A DNA stretch of 64,000 bases from Candidatus Moraniibacteriota bacterium (GCA_038208115.1 JBBQZC010000005.1:667-64666); one strand, 5' to 3'; counted from the first letter of the stretch, positions 26,121 to 37,074 are shown. Translations and numbers: made by a program. Notes: generated by a model from the letters alone, not told the origin.

Positions 26121-26354
26121 TTATGGTACAGGATCATAACCGCCATCTTGCCACGGATGGCATCTACCAATCCTTTTTACACCCATCCACATTCCGCGTA
26201 ATATACCATACCGCACTATTGCAGTATATGCATATGTGGAACACGTCGGATGAAATCGACATAGCCTCTCTCCATAAATTGAAGCTAACGGACCATGATC
26301 AAGCGATAGTGTTTTTTGATAAAGAGTGATAAGTTTTAAAATAACTTTTTTCAT
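26121..26354 (-). CDS. yidD: Membrane protein insertion efficiency factor YidD
   Basis: CRFHPTCSTYAYTAIVRYGILRGMWMGVKRIGRCHPWQDGGYDPVP. Confidence 0.9.
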   Translation of the reverse strand: MKKVILKLITLYQKTLSLDHGPLASIYGERLCRFHPTCSTYAYTAIVRYGILRGMWMGVKRIGRCHPWQDGGYDPVP

Positions 26355-26481
26355 TTATTATTTATTTAATGATTTCTCTCACTAGCACAAATGATTTAAA
26401 ATTATATGACAAAAAAACCATTTTGTCAAAACGATATTTTTCTGCTATTATATATAATGAAAAAACAAAATAACAATATAT

Positions 26482-27393
26482 ATGAATATAGTAAAGCATG
26501 AGGATGTTACATGGATTGATATCGAAAATCCATCCAAACACAATATCGAATACATCCGTGAAAATTTTAACGTTCACCCGCTCGCAATAGAAGAATTTAT
26601 CACACCGACTTATCGAGCTCGTGCAACAAAATACAGTAATTGTCTTTTTCTCACAATTCACATTCCTCTTTTTGATACACTGAAGCGGACAACATACGCC
26701 GGTGAGATTGACATACTTCTTACCAAAACACATTTAATCACAGGTCACAAAAAAGATATATATCAATTACGTGCTTTCTTTGAGGATCTACAAAAGAGCG
26801 AAGGCAAACGTCGTACTTTCATGATTCACTCCACAGCGCATCTTCTTTATGAAGTCTTTCGCATTTTGACAGAATCTTGCTTTCCGCGACTCGACCACGT
26901 CATACGCCATATTGATGAAGTTCAGGAAGGCATCTTCAATGGAAATGAGCGCGCAATGGTACGAGAAATAAGTATTATTAAGAGAGATATTCTTAACTTT
27001 CGTAGGACATTGATGCCACAAAGATCTATCATTGAATCGATCATATCTCAACCGAATGGCGTTGTACCAACTGACATAAAGATTTATTATCAAGACCTCA
27101 TCGGCACAAATATCAGATTATGGAATGACCTTGAAAGTGTTAAAGAAACAATTATTTCACTCGAAAAAACCAATAATTCCCTACTTTCAGAAAAGATCAA
27201 CCATCGCATGCGCATCATCACAGTATTTTCGGTTTTATGGATTCCTATTACTGTATACATCAATTTTTTTGGAATCAATTTTACAGAATCCCCTCTCAGA
27301 GACAATCCCATATCAATGCTGATGCATTTTTGTACCATCATTATTATATCTATCATTACATTTGCAATCTTTAAAATCGCCAAATGGATTTGA
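26482..27393 (+). CDS. corA: CorA-family magnesium/cobalt transporter (GIN variant of the GMN motif)
   Basis: Two C-terminal TM helices with YINFFGINF signature; N-terminal CorA-like cytoplasmic domain. Confidence 0.75.
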   Translation: MNIVKHEDVTWIDIENPSKHNIEYIRENFNVHPLAIEEFITPTYRARATKYSNCLFLTIHIPLFDTLKRTTYAGEIDILLTKTHLITGHKKDIYQLRAFFEDLQKSEGKRRTFMIHSTAHLLYEVFRILTESCFPRLDHVIRHIDEVQEGIFNGNERAMVREISIIKRDILNFRRTLMPQRSIIESIISQPNGVVPTDIKIYYQDLIGTNIRLWNDLESVKETIISLEKTNNSLLSEKINHRMRIITVFSVLWIPITVYINFFGINFTESPLRDNPISMLMHFCTIIIISIITFAIFKIAKWI

Positions 27394-27460
27394 TTGCATC
27401 AATATGGCAAAAAACATTCTCTTGTGTTACAGTTTCCTTAGATTATTGTAATACATTTTT

Positions 27461-28888
27461 ATGTTAAAACTATATAATACGCTCACAAAACAAAAAGAAG
27501 AGTTCACACCTATCAATCCAGGAAAGGTTAGTATGTATACATGTGGACCAACAGTATATAGCTATATTCATATCGGCAACTTGCGTGCATATAGCAATGC
27601 TGACTTATTGCGGAGATATCTAGAATATTCTGGTTACGAAGTACGTATGATCAAGAACATTACAGATGTGGGTCATCTTACAGATGACGATGTTGCACAA
27701 GGAGATAGCGGTGATGACAAAATGGAAAAAGCCGCAAAAAAAGAACATAAAACGCCAGAAGAAATCGCACGATTTTATGAAAATTATGCGAAAGAAGTTG
27801 AAAATGACATGAATATCCTTCCTGCACACTTCTTTCCGCGAGCGACAGAGCATGTGCCACAAATGATTGCGATCATTTCTACACTAATTGAAAAAAATTA
27901 TGCCTACCAAAAAAATGGTAATGTTTTTTTTGATGTAGAAAAATTTGCTGATTATGGAAAATTATCTGGTAACTCAGTAGAAAAATTGAACATCGGCGCA
28001 CGTCTCGATGATCCCCATCCAGATAAAAAAAACCAATGGGATTTCGCATTGTGGCTCAAAGCACCGGAAAACCACATTATGAAATGGCCTTCTCCTTGGT
28101 CTGTGGGATATCCAGGATGGCATATCGAATGTTCTGCAATGAGCATGGAATATCTTGGTGCGACTTTTGATATACACACAGGCGGTGAAGACAATATTTT
28201 TCCTCATCATGAAGCAGAAATTGCACAATCCGAATGTGCCAATGATGTAAAGTTCGTCAATTACTGGATTCACAGTCGACATCTTTTGGTAGATGGCGCA
28301 AAAATGAGCAAATCTAAAGGAAATTTCTATAGAATTGATGATATAAAGCTACACGGATTTACCCCTAAAGATCTGCGCATGGCATTTCTCCTTTCGCATT
28401 ATCGCACGCAGATGAATTTTACATGGGACGTGATCACGCAAGCACAAAAAAATCTACAAACACTTACAACACTTCTTACAAGAATAAAAGCTCACGTATT
28501 AAACCCACACGCAGAAAATCACACGATCAAAATTGCACAGTATTACACTAATTTTGATACTGCGATGGATGATGATCTCAATTCTCCTCTCGCGGTCAGC
28601 ATATTATTATCATTCGCAACTGAGGTCAACTCACTGATGGACAAGGGGTTATCTCTTAACACTACGGAAATCAAAGAATTTATAGAAAAAACGACACATG
28701 CGCTTGGTATTACTATTACAACCAATCAATACCAAATTCCAGACGACATAACTCAATTGTCTCTTGAGCGAAAGATCGCTCGAGACAATAAGGATTTTGC
28801 AAAATCAGATGCAATACGAGACTTAATTTTTGCAAAAGGCTATATAATCAAAGATACCTCTGACGGCTGCACAATTCAAAAAATATAG
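27461..28888 (+). CDS. cysS: Cysteine--tRNA ligase
   Basis: MYTCGPTVYSYIHIGNLRAY (HIGH-type motif), KMSKSKGN, 475 aa. Confidence 0.95.
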   Translation: MLKLYNTLTKQKEEFTPINPGKVSMYTCGPTVYSYIHIGNLRAYSNADLLRRYLEYSGYEVRMIKNITDVGHLTDDDVAQGDSGDDKMEKAAKKEHKTPEEIARFYENYAKEVENDMNILPAHFFPRATEHVPQMIAIISTLIEKNYAYQKNGNVFFDVEKFADYGKLSGNSVEKLNIGARLDDPHPDKKNQWDFALWLKAPENHIMKWPSPWSVGYPGWHIECSAMSMEYLGATFDIHTGGEDNIFPHHEAEIAQSECANDVKFVNYWIHSRHLLVDGAKMSKSKGNFYRIDDIKLHGFTPKDLRMAFLLSHYRTQMNFTWDVITQAQKNLQTLTTLLTRIKAHVLNPHAENHTIKIAQYYTNFDTAMDDDLNSPLAVSILLSFATEVNSLMDKGLSLNTTEIKEFIEKTTHALGITITTNQYQIPDDITQLSLERKIARDNKDFAKSDAIRDLIFAKGYIIKDTSDGCTIQKI

Positions 28889-28901
28889 CTATCATTTCTA
28901 A

Positions 28902-28941
28902 AAAATGATCCTGCGCACGATTTCGTGTGCAGGATTTTTTA
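28902..28941. terminator. Bidirectional rho-independent terminator between convergent cysS and acpP
   Basis: aaaaaatgatcctgcgcacga-tttc-gtgtgcaggatttttt. Confidence 0.75.
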
Positions 28942-28950
28942 GGGTGCTTT

Positions 28951-29184
28951 CTATACCTTTTTTTTGATGTAATCAATTACATCTTTAACCGTATCAAGTC
29001 CCTCTGCGTCCTCATCAGGAATCTCGATGCCAAAATTTTCTTCAAGCGCCATAATAAGTTCAACAAGATCCAAAGAATCTGCACCAAGATCATCTACAAA
29101 TGTCGCTTCTGGAACTACCTTGTCCCGATCAACAGATAACTGCTCAACAATTACATCAATCAGTTTTTCCAACTCAAATGTCAT
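28951..29184 (-). CDS. acpP: Acyl carrier protein
   Basis: [29 protein letters not shown]. Confidence 0.92.
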   Translation of the reverse strand: MTFELEKLIDVIVEQLSVDRDKVVPEATFVDDLGADSLDLVELIMALEENFGIEIPDEDAEGLDTVKDVIDYIKKKV

Positions 29185-29338
29185 GACATCCTCCCAAATG
29201 ATTTGTTTTTTACATCAACTACTTATTTACTACTGCAAAATACTACACATCAAATTCTTCTAATTTACAAATAATATTTTGTGTCAAAAAGAGCACATTT
29301 AAAAAATGTACTCATTCAAAAATATTTTTTTTAAAATT

Positions 29339-29587
29339 TCAATCGTTATAACCACTTATTTTGATGATCTGCACAGGACATGCGTCAGCAGCTTCTTTGT
29401 TGACATCCAGTGCATCTTCATCAATCTCACCCACCATGAATTCATCGTTTTTCCACTCTGCACCAGCAAGCATTGCCTTACCATCTTCAGCACTCATCGA
29501 CCAGTGTTCTGGTGCCGCCATCGTGCATGCACCACATCCGATACAATCATTTCTCTTGTGACTAACTGCTATTTTATTTATTCCCAT
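29339..29587 (-). CDS. 4Fe-4S ferredoxin (single-cluster type)
   Basis: CIGCGACTMAAP ... ADACPVQII. Confidence 0.7.
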   Translation of the reverse strand: MGINKIAVSHKRNDCIGCGACTMAAPEHWSMSAEDGKAMLAGAEWKNDEFMVGEIDEDALDVNKEAADACPVQIIKISGYND

Positions 29588-29700
29588 ATTATGAAAATTA
29601 ATTATTTACATTGTAATTTACTATATTATCACATTATCACCTCAACATTGCAAGAGCTATTTGCATCCTTATAATATATAAATTACAAATTACTGATTCG

Positions 29701-30966
29701 TTATTTCTCGTTTTGATACTTTTTACGTTTTTTAATTATATACAGTTTATCATTGATTCGCACGCGATCTGATACACCAATTGTAATAATATCACCTTTT
29801 TTTGCAGATTCTGCAATTATGCCATCAATACGCAATTCATCCACAACACCGTGCATCGATCCGGTTGTTGCACCAATAATCAATATTGATGAACCTTTCT
29901 TAATAATTCCTGCGTCAACTTTTATTTCAGCTATCGATATTTTTGGATAATAATGCACAATACGCCCCACAAATTCTTTTTCTTCCGTTGCACGTGATCC
30001 GTAAACATCGCAGTATGCACCAATTTCTGTGCCAAGATAAAAATTTCCATGTGATAATTTACGGTTAAAAACCTTTTCTAAATCTGTATAGTATTCCGAT
30101 ATTTTCTCTTTTGTATATGTGCCTTCTGTGATATCTTGTAAAGCTTTTTTGTATACACGTACAACTGTTGTCACATATTCTGGAGAACGCCCTCTTCCTT
30201 CAATTTTTAACACTTGCACACCAGCATCTAAAACTTTATCTAAAAAATCAATTGTACAAATATCAGCAGCACTCATAACATAGTGATTATCGATAATCAT
30301 CTCTTTACCCGTATCTACATCTGTAACTTTGTATTTCATCCGACAATTTTGTCTACATGCACCTCGATTTGCACTTGCATTATCCGTATACAAACTCATA
30401 TAACAACGTCCTGATTGTGCAATACACAAAGCACCGTGTGCAAATATTTCGATTTCCATCACACGTCCCTCATTACCCATCAGATGATTATCCTGAATAT
30501 TTTGATAAATTGCTTTAATCTGATCAAGATTTAATTCTCGCGCCAATACCACTCGATTAGTAAATTGTGAAAAAAATTTCACAGTTTCATAATTTGATAT
30601 AGAAAACTGTACCGATATATGTACTGGAATTTCAATTTCATTACAATAATTTACACACGCAAAGTCAAATGCAATAATCGCATCAATATTACTCTGCTTC
30701 GCAGCATCAATGATTTTTTTCATGATCACAATATCATGATCATATAATAAAGTGTTTACGACAAGGTACGTTTTAATATTTTTTTTGTGTGCAATATGTG
30801 CAATTTTTTCAAGATCATCAATAGTCATATTATCTGCTGCACGAGCTCGCATATTGAGCTGAGTCACACCAAAATACACGCTGTCCGCACCAGCATTAAT
30901 AGCTGCTGCAAGCGATGCAAAACTCCCAACAGGTGCCATTACTTCTACTTTCAATGGATTGATCAT
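29701..30966 (-). CDS. Peptidase U32 family protein (RlhA/TrhP-like RNA hydroxylation-associated or collagenase-like)
   Basis: U32 signature EIFAHGALCIAQSGRCYMS; 421 aa. Confidence 0.75.
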   Translation of the reverse strand: MINPLKVEVMAPVGSFASLAAAINAGADSVYFGVTQLNMRARAADNMTIDDLEKIAHIAHKKNIKTYLVVNTLLYDHDIVIMKKIIDAAKQSNIDAIIAFDFACVNYCNEIEIPVHISVQFSISNYETVKFFSQFTNRVVLARELNLDQIKAIYQNIQDNHLMGNEGRVMEIEIFAHGALCIAQSGRCYMSLYTDNASANRGACRQNCRMKYKVTDVDTGKEMIIDNHYVMSAADICTIDFLDKVLDAGVQVLKIEGRGRSPEYVTTVVRVYKKALQDITEGTYTKEKISEYYTDLEKVFNRKLSHGNFYLGTEIGAYCDVYGSRATEEKEFVGRIVHYYPKISIAEIKVDAGIIKKGSSILIIGATTGSMHGVVDELRIDGIIAESAKKGDIITIGVSDRVRINDKLYIIKKRKKYQNEK

Positions 30967-31023
30967 AAAGATTATATTTAAACGACTCTTAGCATAACAA
31001 ATTATTTATATAAAAGCAATAAA

Positions 31024-31054
31024 ACAAAAAAACGACTTAGTGTCGTTTTTTTTG
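31024..31054 (-). terminator. Rho-independent terminator closing the ribosomal-protein operon immediately after rplO
   Basis: aaaaaaacgac-ttag-tgtcgttttttt. Confidence 0.75.
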
Positions 31055-31076
31055 AAAATTATCTCTAAAAAATTGA

Positions 31077-31535
31077 TTATTTTTCAATTTTAACAGCAGC
31101 CACATGTACCGTTCCACCAGCTTTTTCTACGATATCTTTTGCAGTTTTGGAGATACCCACATTACTATTAATTATAAGTTTTTTTGTCAACGTACCCTTT
31201 ACGACAATTTTTACACCATCTCTTGCAATCTTACTGCGCAAAACTTTCTTTTCAATCAAAGATACTACTGATACTTCTTCACCGTCATTATACATACGTT
31301 CTAATGCCGCAAGTGTCACAACAACTTTTTTTGCGTGAGGTGATTTGAATCCACGTAATTTTTTCAATTTATCGATTAGCGTTGTTCGTCCACCTTCAAA
31401 AAGTGGGTTTACATTTCCACCACTACGGGCTTTCTGACCCTTCATACCACGACCACTCGTCGTACCACGTTTTCCGCCACGTCCAATCGTCTTCTTGTCT
31501 TTGCGTTTTTTTACTGATAGCTCATGAATCTGCAT
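31077..31535 (-). CDS. rplO: 50S ribosomal protein L15
   Basis: GRGGKRGTTSGRGMKGQKARSGG. Confidence 0.93.
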   Translation of the reverse strand: MQIHELSVKKRKDKKTIGRGGKRGTTSGRGMKGQKARSGGNVNPLFEGGRTTLIDKLKKLRGFKSPHAKKVVVTLAALERMYNDGEEVSVVSLIEKKVLRSKIARDGVKIVVKGTLTKKLIINSNVGISKTAKDIVEKAGGTVHVAAVKIEK

Positions 31536-31554
31536 ATATCTATATTACTTATGA

Positions 31555-32190
31555 TTATTTAACAGTTTTCTTAGCAACTTTTTGCACAGTTTTCTTAACT
31601 GCTTTTTTCACAGTTTTTTTAACAGTTTTCGCTTCACTCACAGGAACGGTCTCATTCTTTTTTTCCGCTACAACTACTTCCTCTTTTATAACACCCTTCT
31701 TGACATCCTCACGAGGAAGCTGAAGTTGTTTCAATGCACCAATAGCAGCTCGTGCAACGTTTAACTTATTTGAACATCCTTGTGATTTTGCGACAATGTC
31801 GTGAATACCTACAAGCTCCACAACCGAACGCACAGCGCCACCCGCAATAATACCGCGACCTTCTTTCGTCGGTTTCAACAGTACTTTTGCGCTACCAAGC
31901 TTACATGTTACATCATGAGAAATTGATTTTCCAGCAAGTACAACAGTAATCATCGCTTTTTTTGCATCTGCTACAGCTTTTTGAATTGCCTGTGACACAT
32001 CAGCGCCTTTTGCAACACCTACGCCCACCTTTCCTTTTCGGTTACCAATAACAACAGTTGCACGAAAACGAAAACGTCTCCCACCTTTCACAACGCGTGT
32101 TACGCGAGCTAAATCTAATAATTGTTGATCAAATTCAGATTTTACTCGTTTTTTTTCCCCTCCTTTTTTTCGATCTTTTTTAATTGCCAT
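31555..32190 (-). CDS. rpsE: 30S ribosomal protein S5, with ~50-aa Lys-rich C-terminal extension (KKTVKK repeats)
   Basis: LLDLARVTRVVKGGRRFRFRATVVIGN...GRGIIAGGAVRSVVE. Confidence 0.93.
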   Translation of the reverse strand: MAIKKDRKKGGEKKRVKSEFDQQLLDLARVTRVVKGGRRFRFRATVVIGNRKGKVGVGVAKGADVSQAIQKAVADAKKAMITVVLAGKSISHDVTCKLGSAKVLLKPTKEGRGIIAGGAVRSVVELVGIHDIVAKSQGCSNKLNVARAAIGALKQLQLPREDVKKGVIKEEVVVAEKKNETVPVSEAKTVKKTVKKAVKKTVQKVAKKTVK

Positions 32191-32212
32191 ATGATCTTAA
32201 TCGTCAATTAAA

Positions 32213-32560
32213 TTAAAGTTTTAAACCAGCTGAACGCGCACCTTCTGCGATAGCCTTTACCTTACCATGATATTTATATCCAGCACGATCAAAAACCACT
32301 TCAGTAATTTTATTCTCGACTGCTTTTTTTCCGATAAACTCACCTAATGCGAGAGCACCTTCTACTGAATTTTTTGCACCTTTCACATCTGACAATTGTG
32401 CAGAAACAACAGTTTTTTGTGTTCCATCATCGATGATTTGCACCAATATCGTGCGCAAAGATCGAAATACATTCAATCGTGGTCTTTCCATAGTACCTGA
32501 AACACGTGAACGAACACGATTGGCTCTATGTAATCTTTTCTTGTTTCGAATTGTTTTCAT
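32213..32560 (-). CDS. rplR: 50S ribosomal protein L18
   Basis: RLNVFRSLRTILVQIIDD...GYKYHGKVKAIAEGARSAGL. Confidence 0.92.
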   Translation of the reverse strand: MKTIRNKKRLHRANRVRSRVSGTMERPRLNVFRSLRTILVQIIDDGTQKTVVSAQLSDVKGAKNSVEGALALGEFIGKKAVENKITEVVFDRAGYKYHGKVKAIAEGARSAGLKL

Positions 32561-32583
32561 AAAAAATCACTACTTAATATACA

Positions 32584-33120
32584 TTATGCTGAGGCTTTTT
32601 TACCCTCTTTGCGTCGCACTATTTCACCAACATACCTAAACCCTTTTCCTTTATATGGTTCTACAGGCTTTAACGAACGAATATTCGCTGCAAACTGTCC
32701 AACGGCTTGTTTATCAATTCCAACAATTGTCATAACAGGACCTTCAATTGTAGCAGTGATTCCTTCTGGAATATCCACAATGACTGGATGAGAAAAACCA
32801 AGTGCTAATTCTATTGTATTACCTTTTACAGCCATACGATATCCAACACCATTCAACTCAATTTTCTTTTCAAATCCCTGTGATACGCCAGCAATCATAT
32901 TACTGATCAATCGCGCCGTTGTTCCCCACATTGATTGAGCAATCTGTGCATTATGCCTTTTTTTTACAGTTATCATCTCGTTTTCCATTTCAAGAACCAC
33001 TGCATTATGTAAAGACAATGACAATTCTCCCTTCACACCTTTTACAGTAACATCATTACCATTCATTTCAACAGTAATGCCTTTAGGGATCTCAATACTT
33101 TTTTGTCCAATTCGACTCAT
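32584..33120 (-). CDS. rplF: 50S ribosomal protein L6
   Basis: MSRIGQKSIEIPKGITVEMNGNDVTVKGVKG. Confidence 0.93.
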   Translation of the reverse strand: MSRIGQKSIEIPKGITVEMNGNDVTVKGVKGELSLSLHNAVVLEMENEMITVKKRHNAQIAQSMWGTTARLISNMIAGVSQGFEKKIELNGVGYRMAVKGNTIELALGFSHPVIVDIPEGITATIEGPVMTIVGIDKQAVGQFAANIRSLKPVEPYKGKGFRYVGEIVRRKEGKKASA

Positions 33121-33146
33121 ATGTTTACGTTAAATTAATTTCCAAT

Positions 33147-33560
33147 TTACCACAATTCACAAATCAACTCTCCACCTAGTCCCTTTTTGCGAGCTTCTTT
33201 GCCAGACATCACACCCTGTGATGTAGAGATAATGGAAATACCATACCCATTACGCACCTTGTGAATATCATTTTTCTTAATATATGCCCGCTGACCCTGC
33301 TTACTAATCTGACGAATATGCTCAATAACTGGCTTTTTTACAGTATGTGAAATTTGATCATACTTTAAAGTAATGCGAATATTTTCAAAATTTTCTTTCA
33401 TTTCATCTTGAACACGCTCAACCTTTTCCACAAAATTCTCCTTTTCAAGAACTTGTGCAATCGCAAATTTGAGTTTTGACATTGGCATAACAACATGAGC
33501 ATGATTTGCTGCATGAGCGTTACGTATACGTGTTAACATGTCACTTATTGAATCGATCAT
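33147..33560 (-). CDS. rpsH: 30S ribosomal protein S8
   Basis: MIDSISDMLTRIRNAHAANH. Confidence 0.93.
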   Translation of the reverse strand: MIDSISDMLTRIRNAHAANHAHVVMPMSKLKFAIAQVLEKENFVEKVERVQDEMKENFENIRITLKYDQISHTVKKPVIEHIRQISKQGQRAYIKKNDIHKVRNGYGISIISTSQGVMSGKEARKKGLGGELICELW

Positions 33561-33606
33561 AATTACTTGTTCATTTAAATATCAAATTATTTTGCAAAAA
33601 AATACA

Positions 33607-33792
33607 TTACCAGCTACTTTTCTTTACGCCTGGCAATTCTCCTTTACTTGCCAATTCACGAAAACATACACGACAAATACCAAAATATCGTAAATAACCT
33701 CTTTTCCGACTACATTTCCAACACCGTCGAACTTCGCGTGAGGAAAATTTCGGTTTTTTATCTGCTCGTGCTTTAACTGATGTTTTTGCCAT
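33607..33792 (-). CDS. rpsZ: 30S ribosomal protein S14 type Z (zinc-binding)
   Basis: 61 aa, [23 protein letters not shown]. Confidence 0.92.
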   Translation of the reverse strand: MAKTSVKARADKKPKFSSREVRRCWKCSRKRGYLRYFGICRVCFRELASKGELPGVKKSSW

Positions 33793-33815
33793 ATCTATTA
33801 TATAACTTCATTAAA

Positions 33816-34367
33816 TTATTCTTTTTTTTGCAATGGAAATCCTAATGTTCTATACAACTTTTCAGCATCTTCGCTATTTTTTGCAGAAGTTACTACCGTA
33901 ATTTGAAAACCAAATGAATTGCGTACATTTTCAGCAACAATCTCAGGAAATATAGTGTGCTCTCTGATCCCAATATTGAGATTACCTGACTTGTCAATCA
34001 CTTTTGGATTTATTCCCTGAAAATCACGAACACGTGGCAGAGAGTTTCCGACCAATCGATTCAAGAAATCCCACATACGTCGTCCACGCAAAGTGACTTT
34101 CATACCCACTTCTTGACCTTCTCGAACTTTAAATCCAGCAATCGACTTTGTAGCCTTTGTCTTGATCGGCTGTTGTCCAGTAATATCTCTAATTCCCTTT
34201 TCAACTTCTGCCAAAGCATCATTGTTTTTGAGAAACTTACCAACACCCACATTTACCACTACTTTTTCTATTCGTGGCACCAACATAACATTCTTAAGGT
34301 TCAAATCTTTTTGCAAACCTTTTAGTGAATCATTATATTGTTGTTTAATTGTCTTTATTGTAGTCAT
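33816..34367 (-). CDS. rplE: 50S ribosomal protein L5
   Basis: VPRIEKVVVNVGVG...position in the spc cluster. Confidence 0.93.
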   Translation of the reverse strand: MTTIKTIKQQYNDSLKGLQKDLNLKNVMLVPRIEKVVVNVGVGKFLKNNDALAEVEKGIRDITGQQPIKTKATKSIAGFKVREGQEVGMKVTLRGRRMWDFLNRLVGNSLPRVRDFQGINPKVIDKSGNLNIGIREHTIFPEIVAENVRNSFGFQITVVTSAKNSEDAEKLYRTLGFPLQKKE

Positions 34368-34375
34368 AATCTAAA

Positions 34376-34687
34376 TTATTCTATTTCTTTACCACTTTTC
34401 TTGGACACTCGCACTTTGGTACCATTTTTTATGAGAAATCCTACACGCGTAGGTTTATCTGTATGTGGACACACTAATGCAACGTTTGATATATTAATTG
34501 GTGATTCTATGGTTATACGCTCACCTTTCTGACCACTCTGACGAGGTTTTATATGTTTTGTTACCATATTCAACTTCTTTACAACCACAGAATTACGTGC
34601 CGCAAATACAGCAATCACTTCACCGCGTTTTCCGCGATCCTTACCTGCAATTATCTCAACATTATCACCTTTTTTAATCTTTAACAT
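34376..34687 (-). CDS. rplX: 50S ribosomal protein L24
   Basis: MLKIKKGDNVEIIAGKDRGKRGEV. Confidence 0.92.
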   Translation of the reverse strand: MLKIKKGDNVEIIAGKDRGKRGEVIAVFAARNSVVVKKLNMVTKHIKPRQSGQKGERITIESPINISNVALVCPHTDKPTRVGFLIKNGTKVRVSKKSGKEIE

Positions 34688-34713
34688 ATTTCTCTAAAAA
34701 AATTATCAGACCC

Positions 34714-35085
34714 TTACAAAACTTCTGGGGCAAGAGATACGATTTTGCTAAAACCCTTTTCTCGTAACTCTCTTGCGACTGGACCAAAAATACGTGATGC
34801 TTTTGGTTCTTTGTTTCCAGGATCTACGATTACTGCTGCATTCTCATCAAATCTGATATATGATCCATCCTTTCTGCGCAAAGCTTTTTTTTGTCGCACA
34901 ATCACAGCTTTTACCACATCACCTGCTTTTACACTGCTTCGTGGTTCAGCGTTTTTTACTGACGCAATAATAATATCACCTATTCCAGCATATCGTCGCT
35001 TTGAACCACCAAGAACTTTAAAACATTCGATGTTTTTTGCTCCTGAATTGTCTGCGATTTTTAGCCATGTTTCTGACTGAATCAT
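34714..35085 (-). CDS. rplN: 50S ribosomal protein L14
   Basis: [27 protein letters not shown]. Confidence 0.95.
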   Translation of the reverse strand: MIQSETWLKIADNSGAKNIECFKVLGGSKRRYAGIGDIIIASVKNAEPRSSVKAGDVVKAVIVRQKKALRRKDGSYIRFDENAAVIVDPGNKEPKASRIFGPVARELREKGFSKIVSLAPEVL

Positions 35086-35115
35086 ACTTTTCTCTTAAAA
35101 ATTCTATATAAACAT

Positions 35116-35355
35116 TTACTTCACGATAATAAACTTTTTGTCTTTACTAATAGGTCGACCTCCCGTAATCTTTACAACATCGCCGACATTGTATTGATTT
35201 TCTGGGTCATGCACCTTGTATTTTTTTGTTGAAATAAACTTTTTCAAATATTTCCCATGCGTCTTGAATGTATCAACAGCGACTACAATTGTCTTGTCCA
35301 TTTTATCAGATACAACCGTACCCTTTAATATCATGTTTTTCTTCTCTTGCGTCAT
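35116..35355 (-). CDS. rpsQ: 30S ribosomal protein S17
   Basis: KGTVVSDKMDKTIVVAV...YKVHDPENQYNVGDVVKI. Confidence 0.92.
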   Translation of the reverse strand: MTQEKKNMILKGTVVSDKMDKTIVVAVDTFKTHGKYLKKFISTKKYKVHDPENQYNVGDVVKITGGRPISKDKKFIIVK

Positions 35356-35376
35356 AAAATTACTTATATCAAAATA

Positions 35377-35571
35377 TTATGCACTACGTTGTTTCTCGCT
35401 GACCACAGTCAATACACGTGCTAAATCTTTTTTTGTATTTCGAATCAATCCGTGATTTTTACTTTTATTCGTTGCTAATTCCATTTGCGTTTGGTGAATC
35501 TTGATTTTCAATTCATCAGCAACTTTGAATAATTCATCAATACTTTTTTCTCTTAATTCAACTACCTTCAT
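35377..35571 (-). CDS. rpmC: 50S ribosomal protein L29
   Basis: MKVVELREKSIDELFKVADELK. Confidence 0.9.
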   Translation of the reverse strand: MKVVELREKSIDELFKVADELKIKIHQTQMELATNKSKNHGLIRNTKKDLARVLTVVSEKQRSA

Positions 35572-35584
35572 AAATTCAATTTAA

Positions 35585-36001
35585 TTATTCATTATGCTTT
35601 GCAACGAATCGTGTTTTCACGCCAAGCTTGTGTCCTGCCAATCGAAATGCCTCACGCGCAGTCTTCTCATCAATACCATCAACTTCAAACATAATCTTTC
35701 CTGCCTTTACCTTAGATACATAATAATCGACAGCACCTTTTCCCTTACCCATAGGAGTTTCGTCACCCTTTTTGGTCATTGGATGTGCTGGAAATATACG
35801 AATCCAGTATTTTCCCGTTCGTTGCATATATCTCGTGATCGTTCTACGTGCAGATTCAATCTGTCTTGCAGTAATCAAACCAGAAGTCATTGCTTTCAAA
35901 CCGAAATTCCCAAAATTAACATTTGTCCCGCGCTTTGCAAGACCTTTGAGCACACCACCGCGGTGCATTTTTCTATGTTTTACTTTTCGTGGCATTAACA
36001 T
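35585..36001 (-). CDS. rplP: 50S ribosomal protein L16
   Basis: MLMPRKVKHRKMHRGG. Confidence 0.95.
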   Translation of the reverse strand: MLMPRKVKHRKMHRGGVLKGLAKRGTNVNFGNFGLKAMTSGLITARQIESARRTITRYMQRTGKYWIRIFPAHPMTKKGDETPMGKGKGAVDYYVSKVKAGKIMFEVDGIDEKTAREAFRLAGHKLGVKTRFVAKHNE

Positions 36002-36028
36002 ACTACTTTTCTACAAAATTTATATAAT

Positions 36029-36682
36029 TTAACTCTGCTGTGTTTTAAATACTTCACCCTTATACACCCATACCTTCACACCAATTGCACCATATGTCGT
36101 ACGAGCAACATCTCTTGCAAAATCAATATCAGCACGCAACGTATGTAATGGAATTGTGCCTTCAGCTAACCATTCTACACGTGACATTTCAGCCCCATTC
36201 AATCTACCAGATAACTGTATTTTGATACCTTTGATATTTCTATTTTTAATCGCTTGTTCCAAAGTCGTCTTAAGCACACGTCTGAATGGCATTCTCTTTT
36301 CCAATTGTTCTCCAACATTTTGTGCCACCAACGCAGCACTCTCTTCAAATTGCTTGATTTCTTTTATTTCAACCTTTACATCAATTTTTGTGCCAGCAAA
36401 AACTGTTTTTTTAATATATGAAACAAGATCCTCAACTCCACTTCCTCCACGACCAATAATCATACCTGGTCGTGATGTTTTTACAATCACTTTAACACTA
36501 TTTGCATTGCGTTCCACTTCGACATCCGCGATCGCAGCATGACGCCATTTTTTCATAACTGCACGACGCAATATCACATCTTGCTCTAATAAGCTGGCAT
36601 AATTATTACCACCAAACCAGCGTGAACGCCACGTTGTTGTTATTCCTAATCGTAGACTTTTTGGATTTACTTTATGACCCAT
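36029..36682 (-). CDS. rpsC: 30S ribosomal protein S3
   Basis: MGHKVNPKSLRLGITTTWRSRWF. Confidence 0.95.
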   Translation of the reverse strand: MGHKVNPKSLRLGITTTWRSRWFGGNNYASLLEQDVILRRAVMKKWRHAAIADVEVERNANSVKVIVKTSRPGMIIGRGGSGVEDLVSYIKKTVFAGTKIDVKVEIKEIKQFEESAALVAQNVGEQLEKRMPFRRVLKTTLEQAIKNRNIKGIKIQLSGRLNGAEMSRVEWLAEGTIPLHTLRADIDFARDVARTTYGAIGVKVWVYKGEVFKTQQS

Positions 36683-36693
36683 AATTACAAATA

Positions 36694-37074
36694 TTATTTA
36701 TTCTTGCCCTTAGTGGAACTATTGATTACTTCTACTTCCTGCTTTTGAGAAAGCACTACTCTCACGCGCGATGTTCTTTTTAATATTTGTGATGCACGAC
36801 CATATGCTCGTGGCATCCATCGCTTTAATGTTGGACCCTCATTTACTGTGATATTCTCAACAAATAAATCACTACTTTTAATCTTAAAATTATTTTGTGC
36901 ATTTGCGATTGCGCTTTTAAGTAGTTTTTGCATAGGTTCCGCCGTCTTACGCAGATCATATGTAAGCATACCAATTGCCTTATCCACTTCTACGCCACGT
37001 ACCCTATCAGCTACAAGACGCACCTTTCGTGGTGATATTCGCAAATTATTTAATTGTGCTATTACTTTTGTCAT
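36694..37074 (-). CDS. rplV: 50S ribosomal protein L22
   Basis: LRISPRKVRLVADRVRG. Confidence 0.93.
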   Translation of the reverse strand: MTKVIAQLNNLRISPRKVRLVADRVRGVEVDKAIGMLTYDLRKTAEPMQKLLKSAIANAQNNFKIKSSDLFVENITVNEGPTLKRWMPRAYGRASQILKRTSRVRVVLSQKQEVEVINSSTKGKNK